Origin: a virus
Taxonomy: Duplodnaviria; Heunggongvirae; Uroviricota; Caudoviricetes
DNA: 23,666 bases
IMG/VR virus record: IMGVR_UViG_2617270998_000010
Strand: one strand, 5' to 3'
Part shown: positions 9,266 to 18,044 of the stretch, one piece after another
Position numbering within the stretch: the first letter of the stretch is position 1
Layout of the letters: each line of letters begins with the position of its first letter
The notes under the pieces: generated by a model
What the model saw: the letters and a program-made list of their open reading frames with translations, nothing else
What the model was told of the DNA's origin: nothing
Database searches by the model: none
Program-made: the position numbers and the translations under genes

Positions 9266-10107
9266 TGGCAACATTACTTTTAGCAGTGATTTTGGTTAGT
9301 GGTTTTATTTATGTAAACCTATCACTTTCAACAAGATACCGATATAAGCGTTCCAACGGCTGGGACGCTTATTTTTTTGTGGCTGCCTGGGGTATCGTTT
9401 TTTTTCTCCTTGGCGGTTTTTTCACCTTTATTTTGAACGTCAGCGGAGGGTTTCGTTTGCTGGCTAATGCCTTGAATCTAACACCTGACAGTTTTAATGG
9501 CATGTTGTCTTCATCGAAAGACAAACTTCAAAGAATAAATGAAATTAAACAGATAGCATGGGTTATGATTTCAATTGTCCTCGCTGCGATTTCAGGTTTT
9601 GGAAATAAGTTACGCACATCACGTGGAGATCGTCGCTGGGATGCCTTAGCTAAAGCTGTGGGTAATAACGCTTTCGAATCATTACTTATGGAAGCGTCCG
9701 CAAGACAGTTTCCGATCATAGCAACTCTGTCGTCTCGCAAAATCTATGTTGGCCTTGTTACTTGTCCGGCGTTAGAAAACGGGCTTTCAGAGCACCTTGA
9801 ACTTCTCCCGATGTTAAGCGGATATCGGGATAAAGATGATCTAACGATTAGTATCACGACTAACTATCACCAACATTATCTTGATAGTGGTGTGATAAGT
9901 GGAATGTCTCGGCTTAATATCGAAGATTTCCGTGTGCTCATACCAAAAGATGAGGTTGAAACAATTTCGTTTTTTGATACTGAGACATATAACAAATTTA
10001 AAGAAAATGAAGCCAGGGATAGAAAGAACTGTCGAAAGATTGGTAGTAAAAGTGCATCTTCGCGCAGCAAGCGTGCAGCAGATGCTGAGTCAAATGATCG
10101 TGCATGA
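9265..10107 (+). CDS. Hypothetical membrane protein (three predicted N-terminal TM helices plus about 160-aa soluble C-terminal domain with basic tail)
   Basis: 280-aa ORF. Hydrophobic segments at res 3-20, 35-57 and 95-112. AT-rich. Sits between the tum module and cos, the old/tin position of P2. No family recognised. Confidence 0.6.
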   Translation: MATLLLAVILVSGFIYVNLSLSTRYRYKRSNGWDAYFFVAAWGIVFFLLGGFFTFILNVSGGFRLLANALNLTPDSFNGMLSSSKDKLQRINEIKQIAWVMISIVLAAISGFGNKLRTSRGDRRWDALAKAVGNNAFESLLMEASARQFPIIATLSSRKIYVGLVTCPALENGLSEHLELLPMLSGYRDKDDLTISITTNYHQHYLDSGVISGMSRLNIEDFRVLIPKDEVETISFFDTETYNKFKENEARDRKNCRKIGSKSASSRSKRAADAESNDRA

Positions 10108-10154
10108 CTATGCTGCATGAGATCGCATGATCGTTTGAGGATCATTTTTGCTAA

Positions 10155-10180
10155 GGCCCGCCAGAACTGGCGGGCTTTTG
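10155..10180 (+). terminator. Rho-independent terminator (GCCCGCC-N6-GGCGGGC followed by TTTT)
   Basis: Perfect 7-bp GC stem and T-tract read directly, 48 bp after the stop of the 9265..10107 gene. Confidence 0.7.
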
Positions 10181-10224
10181 CGTAGATCATGCAACTGCAT
10201 GAAAACCACTACATAAAGCGGGCA

Positions 10225-10243
10225 GGCGTGGCGGGGATACGAG
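10225..10243 (+). other. Probable cos site (19-nt cohesive end) GGCGTGGCGGGGATACGAG
   Basis: Close to the P2/186 cohesive-end sequence as I recall it (GGCG[A/T]GGCGGGGAAAGCA.), with GCGCGCT conserved just downstream; correct orientation relative to the portal gene. Confidence 0.5.
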
Positions 10244-10353
10244 CGCGCGCTCATGGTTGAATTAATGAAATTATGGTGTTAAATAGGCTAGCTTTTTAAG
10301 TCGTGAATATTCAATTTTTCAACTCATTTTTTTCATAGGGAGGAGTAATTGAC

Positions 10354-11052
10354 ATGGTTATGTTAGTGGATGACTGTCCACGATGTGGATCACAAAAAAT
10401 AGCGTTTGATGTTAATGGGCTGAATTGCACTAGGGTTTACAATGCATTGGGCGGGGGTAAAACATACGAGTACGAGGTCTATTGTGTTTGCCGAGAGTGT
10501 CATAAAACGACAATGTTTCTTTGCAGACCTTTAACGAAAAATAAAACTTTAGATGGCTATAATTGGAAAAGTGGAATATTCGGCTTAAAGGAAGTTGCAG
10601 AGGTTGTTAGGCCTATATCACCAGCAGACTTAGCAGTAGAGGAGCCACCAGAGTTCTTACCTGAGCATATCAATAGTGCATATGAGGAAGGGGCGAAATG
10701 TTTGGCTATAGGTTGTTATAATGCAGCAGCAACCATGTTTAGGCTTTGCCTTGATTATGCCACAAAAGGACTTCTTCCTGATGGGGAGCAAGGGCCTGCG
10801 CAAAAAATAAGGAGAAGCCTAGGGTTAAGAATGGAGTGGTTATTTGATAATCATCTACTGCCTGAAGCTTTAAGGGAACTAGCTGAATGCGTTAAAGATG
10901 ACGGAAATGATGGAGCGCATGAAGGTATTTTGGATAAAGCTGCTGCTGAGGATCTTGAAGATTTTACCTATCTTTTTTTAGAACGGCTTTACACTGAACC
11001 TCAACGCCTTATCGAAGCCAAGACAAGGCGTGAACAAAGAAGAAACAAATAA
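10354..11052 (+). CDS. Hypothetical protein: N-terminal Zn-ribbon (CPRCG...CRECH) plus C-terminal DUF4145/HEPN-like domain; accessory gene between cos and Q
   Basis: 232-aa ORF, ATG 10354 with GGGAGGAG SD. Two CxxC pairs in the first 50 residues. C-terminal alpha-helical region ending ...LAECVKDDGNDGAHEG resembles the GN-x-AH signature I associate with DUF4145. AT-rich; convergent with Q (stops 8 bp apart). Confidence 0.6.
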   Translation: MVMLVDDCPRCGSQKIAFDVNGLNCTRVYNALGGGKTYEYEVYCVCRECHKTTMFLCRPLTKNKTLDGYNWKSGIFGLKEVAEVVRPISPADLAVEEPPEFLPEHINSAYEEGAKCLAIGCYNAAATMFRLCLDYATKGLLPDGEQGPAQKIRRSLGLRMEWLFDNHLLPEALRELAECVKDDGNDGAHEGILDKAAAEDLEDFTYLFLERLYTEPQRLIEAKTRREQRRNK

Positions 11053-11060
11053 GTTCGGAA

Positions 11061-12098
11061 TTATTCTTCTGAAAGAATATAGGGCGTAAATTTAATCACT
11101 TCTTCGCCCAGCCAGTCGTTCAGCTCTTGTAGCCTTTTTTGCAAGGGCGTTAATTCATTACGTACAAATACGCGACTGGCTTTCTCCACATCCCCAAACC
11201 CCCCGACATTATTAGGCATTATCCCCATCATTTGTGGCGGCACACGATGCGCCGCCATCATGTCGTCCCGGCTCACGTTCTTGATATTCAGGAACTCATC
11301 CTTCGCCGCCACTTCTGACAACGGGATAATCTGAAGCCCGTCCTTTTTACCGTTAGGCGAGTACATAAACAGGTTACGGAAGTTACCAGGACCTTTGGCG
11401 CTTTTCATCGCATTGCGGAGGTTGTTCACATCCTCCTGGTTCTGCGCAGCATCGGTCATGTACATGATGAAGCCTGCATGACTGCCGTTAATGTAATACT
11501 TGCGGCGGAACAGCGTGGCGGACTCGTTGAGCAGAGCTGACGGAATGGCAGAAAGATAACCGGGCAGGCCGTAGATCTCCTGGTTGATGTCCGGTTCCAT
11601 CAGATGAAAAATGTTGCCTTTCGTGAACTGATACGACTGCGTAGTCATACCGTATTGCACAAACCAGTAGGTATCCAGGTCTAACCCGCGTCGGGTGTAT
11701 TTTGCCAGTGCAGGCTCAAGGGCGATAACTTCACCGAAGCGGTTCGTGCGTTTCTCCAGGTAGGCGTTACCAAAAACCAGATAGTCCTGTACAAAACGCG
11801 AAAAAGCCTGCTGGCTGAGCAGCGGGTGAGGGATGTAGGTGCTGGTCAGAATGTTGCACTTCACTGCAATCGGTGAGCTGTGATGCACGGCGGCGCGGAA
11901 GGTTCGCGCCAGTCCGTCGAAACTCACAGGCGGCTCATACCAACGATCCATCTGTACGCATTCCACATAGTCCAGCAGTTCGCGGCGGTCCAGAACAGGA
12001 ACGGGATCACCGAAGCTGAATGCTTCGGCTGAAGTCTGGCTTTTATGCTGGATCTGTTTCGTCGACGCAGCGCGGTTTTTCTTACTCTTTCCCATCAA
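11061..12098 (-). CDS. Q: Portal protein gpQ
   Basis: 345-aa ORF, size and position as P2 Q; overlaps the P stop (ATGA-type overlap at 12095-12098). Confidence 0.9.
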   Translation of the reverse strand: MMGKSKKNRAASTKQIQHKSQTSAEAFSFGDPVPVLDRRELLDYVECVQMDRWYEPPVSFDGLARTFRAAVHHSSPIAVKCNILTSTYIPHPLLSQQAFSRFVQDYLVFGNAYLEKRTNRFGEVIALEPALAKYTRRGLDLDTYWFVQYGMTTQSYQFTKGNIFHLMEPDINQEIYGLPGYLSAIPSALLNESATLFRRKYYINGSHAGFIMYMTDAAQNQEDVNNLRNAMKSAKGPGNFRNLFMYSPNGKKDGLQIIPLSEVAAKDEFLNIKNVSRDDMMAAHRVPPQMMGIMPNNVGGFGDVEKASRVFVRNELTPLQKRLQELNDWLGEEVIKFTPYILSEE

Positions 12099-13861
12099 AA
12101 AATCTCCACAATATTGCTGGTATTGGCGGACTCGCCCTGCAGCGGTTCATTAAACAGTGCGTGCATTGTTGCCCAGGCCAGATCGGCGTGGCTGGCTTCT
12201 TCGCTGCGGCTGGCTTCATAGGTCGGGCGGTTGCCGCTGGCAGTGGTGGCGCGACGGATTGCCATAAAGGACTGCGCTATGTCGGTGTGCCCGGCGTCAA
12301 ACTCCAGGCGGCGGTGGCTAATAATGTCGTAGGCCTTGAGTACCAGGGCGTTTTTAACGTTGGGGTTGTAGACAAACTCCCGGACGGCAGGAAAGAACGC
12401 TTTCACGTTCTCATAAACCCCGTGACCGACACCTGTCGAGTCGATGCCGATGTATGTCACGTTGTACTGTTCGGTCAGTTTTTTGATGGCGTCCGCCTGG
12501 GCGCGGAAGTCCATCCCGCGCCACTGGTGACGCTCAAGAATACGGAACTTACCGCCCGGCACGGCTGGCGGAGCCACCACCACGCACCCGGCACTGTCAC
12601 CGTTCTGCGTACCTTTTGCCGGGTCATAACCGATCCACACCTCTCGCCAGCCAAACGGGCGCAGGGCCAGTGCATGAAAGTCGGTCCAGACTTCCCAACT
12701 GTCCACCATGCACGCCTGCAGTTCGCTGAGCGGGAACACGGACGCGAGATCGTCCACAAACTCGCACATCAGCAGGTTCTGGTATTCGTCCGGGCTGTAC
12801 TCCATGCGCAGCTGGTCGAGGTCGAATAGGTTACAGCCGCCGCACACCGCATCTTCCACGGTGACTATCTGGCGGTATTGCCCGTCTGCGCACAGCAGGC
12901 CGGGGGCCAGATTGCTGTGGGACAGGTCGATGTCCACCTTGTCGGCTTTGTTGCGCCCACGGTTGAACAGCGCACCGGACCAGAACGGATAAGCACTGTG
13001 GGTCAGGCTGGATGGTGTGGAAAAATAGGTCTGCCGCCATTTCTTGTGAATAGCCATACCGGAAGCCACTTTGCGTAGCTCCTGAAATTTCGGTATCCAG
13101 AAATATTCATCCAGATACAGGTTGCCGTGATAACTCTGGGCCGTGCGGGCATTGGTGCCGAGGAAGTAAAGCGTGGCCCCGTTAGGAAGCACCATCGGAT
13201 CGCCTTTCAGCTCCACCTCCACTTCTTTGGCGAAGTCGATGATGTACTGCTTAAAGACGTGGGCCTGTGCCTTACTGGCGGAAAGGAAAATCTGGTTACG
13301 CCCGGTAAGCAGGGCGTCAATCAGGGCTTCACGGGCAAAGTAAAAGGTCGCGCCGATCTGGCGTGACTTCAGCAGGTTGCGGATGCGGTTGGTTTTTCCG
13401 GCTTCCCACCAGTGGCGCTGGTAGTTGAACATGGAGGAATGGAAGATTTCTTCCAGCTTCTCAATCTGCTCATCGGTGAAGACATTTTTTTCCGGCTGAC
13501 GGCGCGGGCCTTTGTTGCGGTTGGCGACGTTAGGGTTTAAGTCAGCTTCGTTGCCGCCATTGTTAAACTTGCCGATCCGCGCGTGGCGCTCAGACTGGCG
13601 CGCCAGCAGGTCAATCTCTTTGAAATCTTTCCCTTCTTTGTGCTCCTTCATAATGAGCTGGCAGTAGCGTGCGGCGGTGGTGAGCTGCATCTGATCCAGC
13701 GGCCCATAGTCACCCCACTTGTCGCGTTTTTTCCAGCTGTGAACGGTTGCAACTTTCTCGCCCAGCATTTCAGCAATGCGGGCGACGCGGTATCCCTGAA
13801 AGTACAGCAGCATGGCCTGCCGACGGGGATCGAGATCTGCGGGTGTCAGTGTGGTGTTCAT
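12095..13861 (-). CDS. P: Terminase large (ATPase) subunit gpP
   Basis: 588-aa ORF co-oriented with Q; size and position as P2 P (about 590 aa); divergent from the O-N-M-L operon. Confidence 0.9.
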   Translation of the reverse strand: MNTTLTPADLDPRRQAMLLYFQGYRVARIAEMLGEKVATVHSWKKRDKWGDYGPLDQMQLTTAARYCQLIMKEHKEGKDFKEIDLLARQSERHARIGKFNNGGNEADLNPNVANRNKGPRRQPEKNVFTDEQIEKLEEIFHSSMFNYQRHWWEAGKTNRIRNLLKSRQIGATFYFAREALIDALLTGRNQIFLSASKAQAHVFKQYIIDFAKEVEVELKGDPMVLPNGATLYFLGTNARTAQSYHGNLYLDEYFWIPKFQELRKVASGMAIHKKWRQTYFSTPSSLTHSAYPFWSGALFNRGRNKADKVDIDLSHSNLAPGLLCADGQYRQIVTVEDAVCGGCNLFDLDQLRMEYSPDEYQNLLMCEFVDDLASVFPLSELQACMVDSWEVWTDFHALALRPFGWREVWIGYDPAKGTQNGDSAGCVVVAPPAVPGGKFRILERHQWRGMDFRAQADAIKKLTEQYNVTYIGIDSTGVGHGVYENVKAFFPAVREFVYNPNVKNALVLKAYDIISHRRLEFDAGHTDIAQSFMAIRRATTASGNRPTYEASRSEEASHADLAWATMHALFNEPLQGESANTSNIVEIF

Positions 13862-13906
13862 GGCACAAACCTACAGCCTTGAATGAAGGCTTTCCCCGCC
13901 TGCGGT

Positions 13907-13924
13907 TTGTGTGGTTGTCGGTAC
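13907..13924. promoter_or_regulatory. TGT-N12-ACA dyad, candidate Ogr/B-type late-promoter activator site in the P/O divergent region
   Basis: TGTGTGGTTGTCGGTACA read directly, about 80 bp upstream of the O start; P2 late promoters carry this dyad. Confidence 0.4.
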
Positions 13925-14003
13925 AAATACCGCGCATTGTTTCACTGCCCCCATCACCGCAACCATAAGGCTCCAGTAAGTTTTTTCTAACGGAGCACGG
14001 CTC

Positions 14004-14837
14004 ATGACAGTGAAAGCAAAGCGTTTTCGCATCGGGGTGGAAGGTGCCACCACCGATGGACGCGAAATCCAGCGTGAATGGCTGGAACAGATGGCAGCCA
14101 GCTACAACCCGGCGGTGTATACCGCGCTGATTAACCTTGAGCACATCAAGTCTTATCTGCCGGACAGCACCTTTAACCGCTACGGCAAGGTGACGGCGCT
14201 GTTTGCTGAAGAAATCACGGAAGGTCCGCTGGCAGGCAAGATGGCGCTGTATGCCGACGTTGAGCCAACGGAGTCCCTGGTGGAACTGGTGAAAAAAGGC
14301 CAGAAATTATTCACCTCTATGGAAGTCAGCCCGAAGTTCGCTGATACGGGCAAAGCCTACCTGGTCGGCCTGGCTGCCACTGATGACCCTGCCAGTCTGG
14401 GTACGGAAATGCTGACATTCAGCGCCAGTGCAGCCCATAACCCGCTGGCAAACCGCAAGCAGAATCCTGCCAATCTCTTTACCGCTGCAGAGGAAACGGT
14501 GATCGAACTGGAAGAAATCCAGGACGACAAACCGTCCCTGTTTGCCCGCGTCACGGCGCTGTTTACCAAAAAAGAGCAGTCCGATGACGCCAGGTTCTCT
14601 GATGTGCATAAGGCCGTGGAGCTGGTCGCCACTGAGCAGCAGAACCTGAGCGCACACACCGAAAAATCCCTGTCTGAGCAGGAAGAACGTCTGTCTGAGC
14701 TGGAGACTGCCCTGCAGGCACAGCAGACCGCCTTTAACGAACTGGTGGACAAGCTGAGTCATGAAGACAGCCGCCAGGACTACCGCCAGCGTGCAACAGG
14801 CGGTAACGCCCCCGCTGACACTCTGACCAATTGCTGA
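14004..14837 (+). CDS. O: Capsid scaffolding protein gpO
   Basis: 277 aa; N-terminus KRFRIGVEGATTDGREIQ...INLEH matches recalled P2 gpO (FRIGVEGDTCDGR...INLEH). Confidence 0.9.
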   Translation: MTVKAKRFRIGVEGATTDGREIQREWLEQMAASYNPAVYTALINLEHIKSYLPDSTFNRYGKVTALFAEEITEGPLAGKMALYADVEPTESLVELVKKGQKLFTSMEVSPKFADTGKAYLVGLAATDDPASLGTEMLTFSASAAHNPLANRKQNPANLFTAAEETVIELEEIQDDKPSLFARVTALFTKKEQSDDARFSDVHKAVELVATEQQNLSAHTEKSLSEQEERLSELETALQAQQTAFNELVDKLSHEDSRQDYRQRATGGNAPADTLTNC

Positions 14838-14853
14838 TGGAGCACAAAACCCG

Positions 14854-15912
14854 ATGAAGAAGAATACCCGCTTTGCTTTTAACGCTTACCTGCAGCAGCT
14901 GGCGCGTCTGAATGGTGTGGCAGTTGAAGAACTGTCCAGCAAATTCACTGTGGAGCCGTCTGTGCAGCAGACGCTGGAAGACCAGATCCAGCAGTCCGCC
15001 GCTTTCCTGACGCTGATTAACGTCACGCCAGTGACTGAGCAGTCCGGTCAGCTGCTGGGGCTGGGTGTTGGCAGCACCATTGCCGGAACCACTGACACCA
15101 CCGCGAAAGAGCGTGAACCTGTCGATCCGACGCTGATGGTCGATGTGGAATATAAATGCGAGCAGACCAACTTTGACACGGTGCTGACCTACGCGAAGCT
15201 GGACCTGTGGGCGAAGTTTCAGGATTTCCAGGTGCGTATCCGTGACGCCATCGTGAAACGTCAGGCACTGGACCGCATCATGATCGGCTTTAACGGCGTG
15301 AAGCGTGCGAAAACCTCCAACCGTAGTGAAAACCCGCTGCTGCAGGATGTAAACAAAGGCTGGCTGCAGAAAATCCGTGAGGATGCACCGGATCACGTCA
15401 TGGGCAGCACCACCACGGGCGGTGAAACCACACCGGGCGCGGTGAAAGTCGGTAAAGGTGGCGAATATGCCAACCTGGACGCCGTGGTGATGGATGCCGT
15501 TAATGAGCTTATCGACGTGGTCTACCAGGACGATGACGATCTGGTGGTGATTTGCGGCCGTGAACTGCTGTCTGACAAGTATTTCCCGCTGGTCAACAAA
15601 GAGCAGGAAAACAGTGAAAAACTCGCTGCCGATATGATCATCAGTCAGAAACGCATGGGTGGCCTGCAGGCGGTGCGTGCGCCGTTCTTCCCGCCGAATG
15701 CACTGCTGATCACCCGTCTGGATAACCTGTCCATCTACTGGCAGGAAGACACCCGCCGCCGTTCAGTTATCGACAACCCGAAACGTGACCGGATTGAAAA
15801 CTTTGAATCCGTTAATGAAGCCTATGTGGTTGAGGACTACCGCTGCGCCGCACTGGTGGAAAACATCCAGATTGGTGATTTCAGCGCCGCCGCAGCCGAA
15901 ACCGGAGCGTAA
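14854..15912 (+). CDS. N: Major capsid protein gpN
   Basis: 352 aa; TRFAFNAYL...FTVEPSVQQTL...GWLQK...VKVGKGGEYANLDAVVMDA... matches recalled P2 gpN throughout. Confidence 0.92.
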   Translation: MKKNTRFAFNAYLQQLARLNGVAVEELSSKFTVEPSVQQTLEDQIQQSAAFLTLINVTPVTEQSGQLLGLGVGSTIAGTTDTTAKEREPVDPTLMVDVEYKCEQTNFDTVLTYAKLDLWAKFQDFQVRIRDAIVKRQALDRIMIGFNGVKRAKTSNRSENPLLQDVNKGWLQKIREDAPDHVMGSTTTGGETTPGAVKVGKGGEYANLDAVVMDAVNELIDVVYQDDDDLVVICGRELLSDKYFPLVNKEQENSEKLAADMIISQKRMGGLQAVRAPFFPPNALLITRLDNLSIYWQEDTRRRSVIDNPKRDRIENFESVNEAYVVEDYRCAALVENIQIGDFSAAAAETGA

Positions 15913-15915
15913 TCC

Positions 15916-16566
15916 ATGAGCCTGAGTCCCGCACGGCAGCATCGCCTGCGCGTTCAGGCTGAACAGGCCGCCCGCGAGGGCGGCAGTGTTCGCCACGCAT
16001 CGGGCTATGACCTGATGCTGCTGCAACTGGCGGAAGACCGCCGCCGTCTCAAGGGCGTTCAGTCCACGGTCAAAAAAGCGGAAATCAAGGTGGAGCTGCT
16101 GCCGAAATATGCCGCCTGGGCGGAGGGAGTCCTGGCTGCCGGAGGCGCTCAACAGGATGACGTGCTGATGTACGTGATGCTGTGGCGCATTGATGCCGGA
16201 GATTATGCCGGGGCGCTGGAGATCGGGCGTCATGCCCTGCGTCATGGCTGGGTGATGCCGCTGGGTAACCGCAATGTGCAGACCGTGCTGGCAGAGGAAA
16301 TGGCAGACGCGGCACAGAGCGCAATGCTTGCCACTACCGGGTTTGATGCCGATCTGTTGCTGCAGACGCTGGAGCTGACAGACGGTCTGGATATGCCGGA
16401 CCAGTCACGGGCGCGTCTGCATAAAGCGATTGGCGCAGTCCTGAGTGAAAGCAATCCGGCTTCCGCCCTTAATCATCTCAACCAGGCGTTACAGCTCGAT
16501 CCCCGCTGTGGCGTGAAAAAAGACAAACAGCAGCTGGAGCGCAGACTGCGCAATGACAGCCGCTGA
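15916..16566 (+). CDS. M: Terminase small (endonuclease) subunit gpM
   Basis: 216-aa ORF directly after N, as in P2. Confidence 0.85.
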   Translation: MSLSPARQHRLRVQAEQAAREGGSVRHASGYDLMLLQLAEDRRRLKGVQSTVKKAEIKVELLPKYAAWAEGVLAAGGAQQDDVLMYVMLWRIDAGDYAGALEIGRHALRHGWVMPLGNRNVQTVLAEEMADAAQSAMLATTGFDADLLLQTLELTDGLDMPDQSRARLHKAIGAVLSESNPASALNHLNQALQLDPRCGVKKDKQQLERRLRNDSR

Positions 16567-16661
16567 CAGAACGTGCCCCCGCGCACGGGCGGCACGGGGT
16601 GGCGAAAGGCACTGCCACATCAAAACCCCGTCCACCGCCCTCTATTTCAGGAGAAAGCAGC

Positions 16662-17126
16662 ATGAAGTTTGTTGCGCCAGAACAGACACCGGAACAGGCG
16701 GAAATCATCAGGAATACGCCGTTCTGGCCTGATGTGGACTTGTCGGAGTTTCGCAGTGTCATGCGCACTGACGGCACGGTGACGCAGCCGCGTTTAAAGC
16801 AGGTTGCGCTGTCGGCAATTTCGGAGGTCAACGCAGAGCTGTATGAGTTTCGCAGACGCCAGCAGATGCTGGGGTATGCCTCGCTGGAAGAGGTTCCGGC
16901 AGAACAGCTGGACGGGAAAAGTGAGCGCATTCAGCACTATTTCAACGCGGTTTACTGCTGGGCACGCGCCATGCTCAACGAACGATACCAGGACTATGAC
17001 GCCACGGTATCCGGTGTGAAGCGGGGCGAGGAACTGGCAGAAGCCAGCGGTGATTTGTGGCGTGACGCCCGCTGGGCCATCAGTCGGGTGCAGGATGCGC
17101 CGCATTGCACAGTGGAGCTTATCTGA
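16662..17126 (+). CDS. L: Head completion/stabilisation protein gpL
   Basis: Start ATG 16662 (AGGAGAAAG SD) inside ORF 16599..17126; 154 aa; conserved position. Confidence 0.8.
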   Translation: MKFVAPEQTPEQAEIIRNTPFWPDVDLSEFRSVMRTDGTVTQPRLKQVALSAISEVNAELYEFRRRQQMLGYASLEEVPAEQLDGKSERIQHYFNAVYCWARAMLNERYQDYDATVSGVKRGEELAEASGDLWRDARWAISRVQDAPHCTVELI

Positions 17127-17329
17127 TGAAAGTGCGTGCGCATCAGTATGACACGGTGGACGCGCTTTGCTGGCGTCATTACGGGCGCACGCAGGGTGTC
17201 ACGGAGCAGGTACTGAAGGCAAATCCGGGGCTTGCCGAATTTGGCCCCTTTTTACCTCACGGGCTGCAGGTGGAGCTGCCGGACATTCCGACCACCACTA
17301 CCGTGCAGACCGTCCAGCTATGGGACTGA
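17126..17329 (+). CDS. X: Tail protein X (small LysM-like)
   Basis: 67 aa from ATG 17126 (ATGA overlap with L), same length as P2 gpX. Confidence 0.7.
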   Translation: MKVRAHQYDTVDALCWRHYGRTQGVTEQVLKANPGLAEFGPFLPHGLQVELPDIPTTTTVQTVQLWD

Positions 17330-17332
17330 ATT

Positions 17333-17548
17333 ATGACGCTTGAGCGAATCAGCGCCTTTATCACGTATTGCATCGCCGTTGTGCTGGCCTGGCTGGGCGA
17401 TTTGTCCATCAAGGATGCCTCAACGCTGGGCGGCCTGATGATCGGTGTGCTGATGCTGGCTATCAACTGGTACTACAAACACAAAGCCTACCAGCTTCTG
17501 CGCGACGGGCAGATCTCGCGGGAGGACTATGAATCCATCAATCGTTAA
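17333..17548 (+). CDS. Putative holin
   Basis: 71 aa with hydrophobic segments and charged C-terminus, directly upstream of the endolysin; shorter than P2 Y (93 aa). Confidence 0.55.
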   Translation: MTLERISAFITYCIAVVLAWLGDLSIKDASTLGGLMIGVLMLAINWYYKHKAYQLLRDGQISREDYESINR

Positions 17549-18044
17549 ACGCTGCCTTGTCGGGGCTGTGCTGGCTATTGCTGCCACGCTGCCGGGTTTT
17601 CAGCAACTTCACACCTCCGTGGAGGGGCTGAAACTGATTGCCGATTACGAAGGCTGTCATCTGCAGCCGTATCAGTGCAGCGCGGGTGTCTGGACCGACG
17701 GCATTGGTAATACATCTGGCGTCATTCCAGGCAAAACTATTACGGAACGACAGGCAGCGGAAGGGCTGATCTCCAACGTGCTACGTGTGGAGCGGGCGCT
17801 GGAAAGATGTGTGAAGCAACAGCCGCCGCAGAAGGTGTATGACTCGGTGGTGTCGTTTGCCTTCAACGTGGGAACGGGCAATGCCTGCAGTTCCACACTG
17901 GTGAAATTACTCAATCAGCGGCGCTGGGCAGATGCGTGCCGACAGTTGCCGCGCTGGGTGTATGTAAAAGGTGTTTTTAATCAGGGGCTGGATAACCGCC
18001 GTGCGCGGGAGATGGCCTGGTGCCTTAAAGGAGCTGGACTATGA
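17529..18044 (+). CDS. Endolysin (lysozyme-like, GH24 type) with hydrophobic N-terminal segment (possible SAR domain)
   Basis: 171 aa; catalytic-region motif EGLKLIADYEGCHLQPYQCSAGVWTDGIGNT (E...D...T); N-terminal CLVGAVLAIAATLPGF is hydrophobic. Occupies the P2 K position but appears to be a different lysozyme family. Confidence 0.8.
   Translation: MNPSIVKRCLVGAVLAIAATLPGFQQLHTSVEGLKLIADYEGCHLQPYQCSAGVWTDGIGNTSGVIPGKTITERQAAEGLISNVLRVERALERCVKQQPPQKVYDSVVSFAFNVGTGNACSSTLVKLLNQRRWADACRQLPRWVYVKGVFNQGLDNRRAREMAWCLKGAGL

Noticed and set aside
12020-12829. 269-aa plus-strand ORF antisense to the end of Q and start of P
   Set aside because: Lies entirely inside two well-supported, conserved minus-strand genes in GC-rich DNA; Ala/Gly/Arg-rich low-complexity translation typical of spurious antisense frames.
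14734-15396. 220-aa minus-strand ORF (and neighbours 14307..14762, 15763..16245, 16478..16930) antisense to O, N and M
   Set aside because: Overlap the capsid genes on the opposite strand; no RBS; composition-driven open frames.
16599-16661. ORF-track N-terminal extensions for gpL (16599) and gpJ (21066)
   Set aside because: Extensions lack RBS and overlap upstream genes; internal ATGs with good SD match P2 protein lengths and N-termini.
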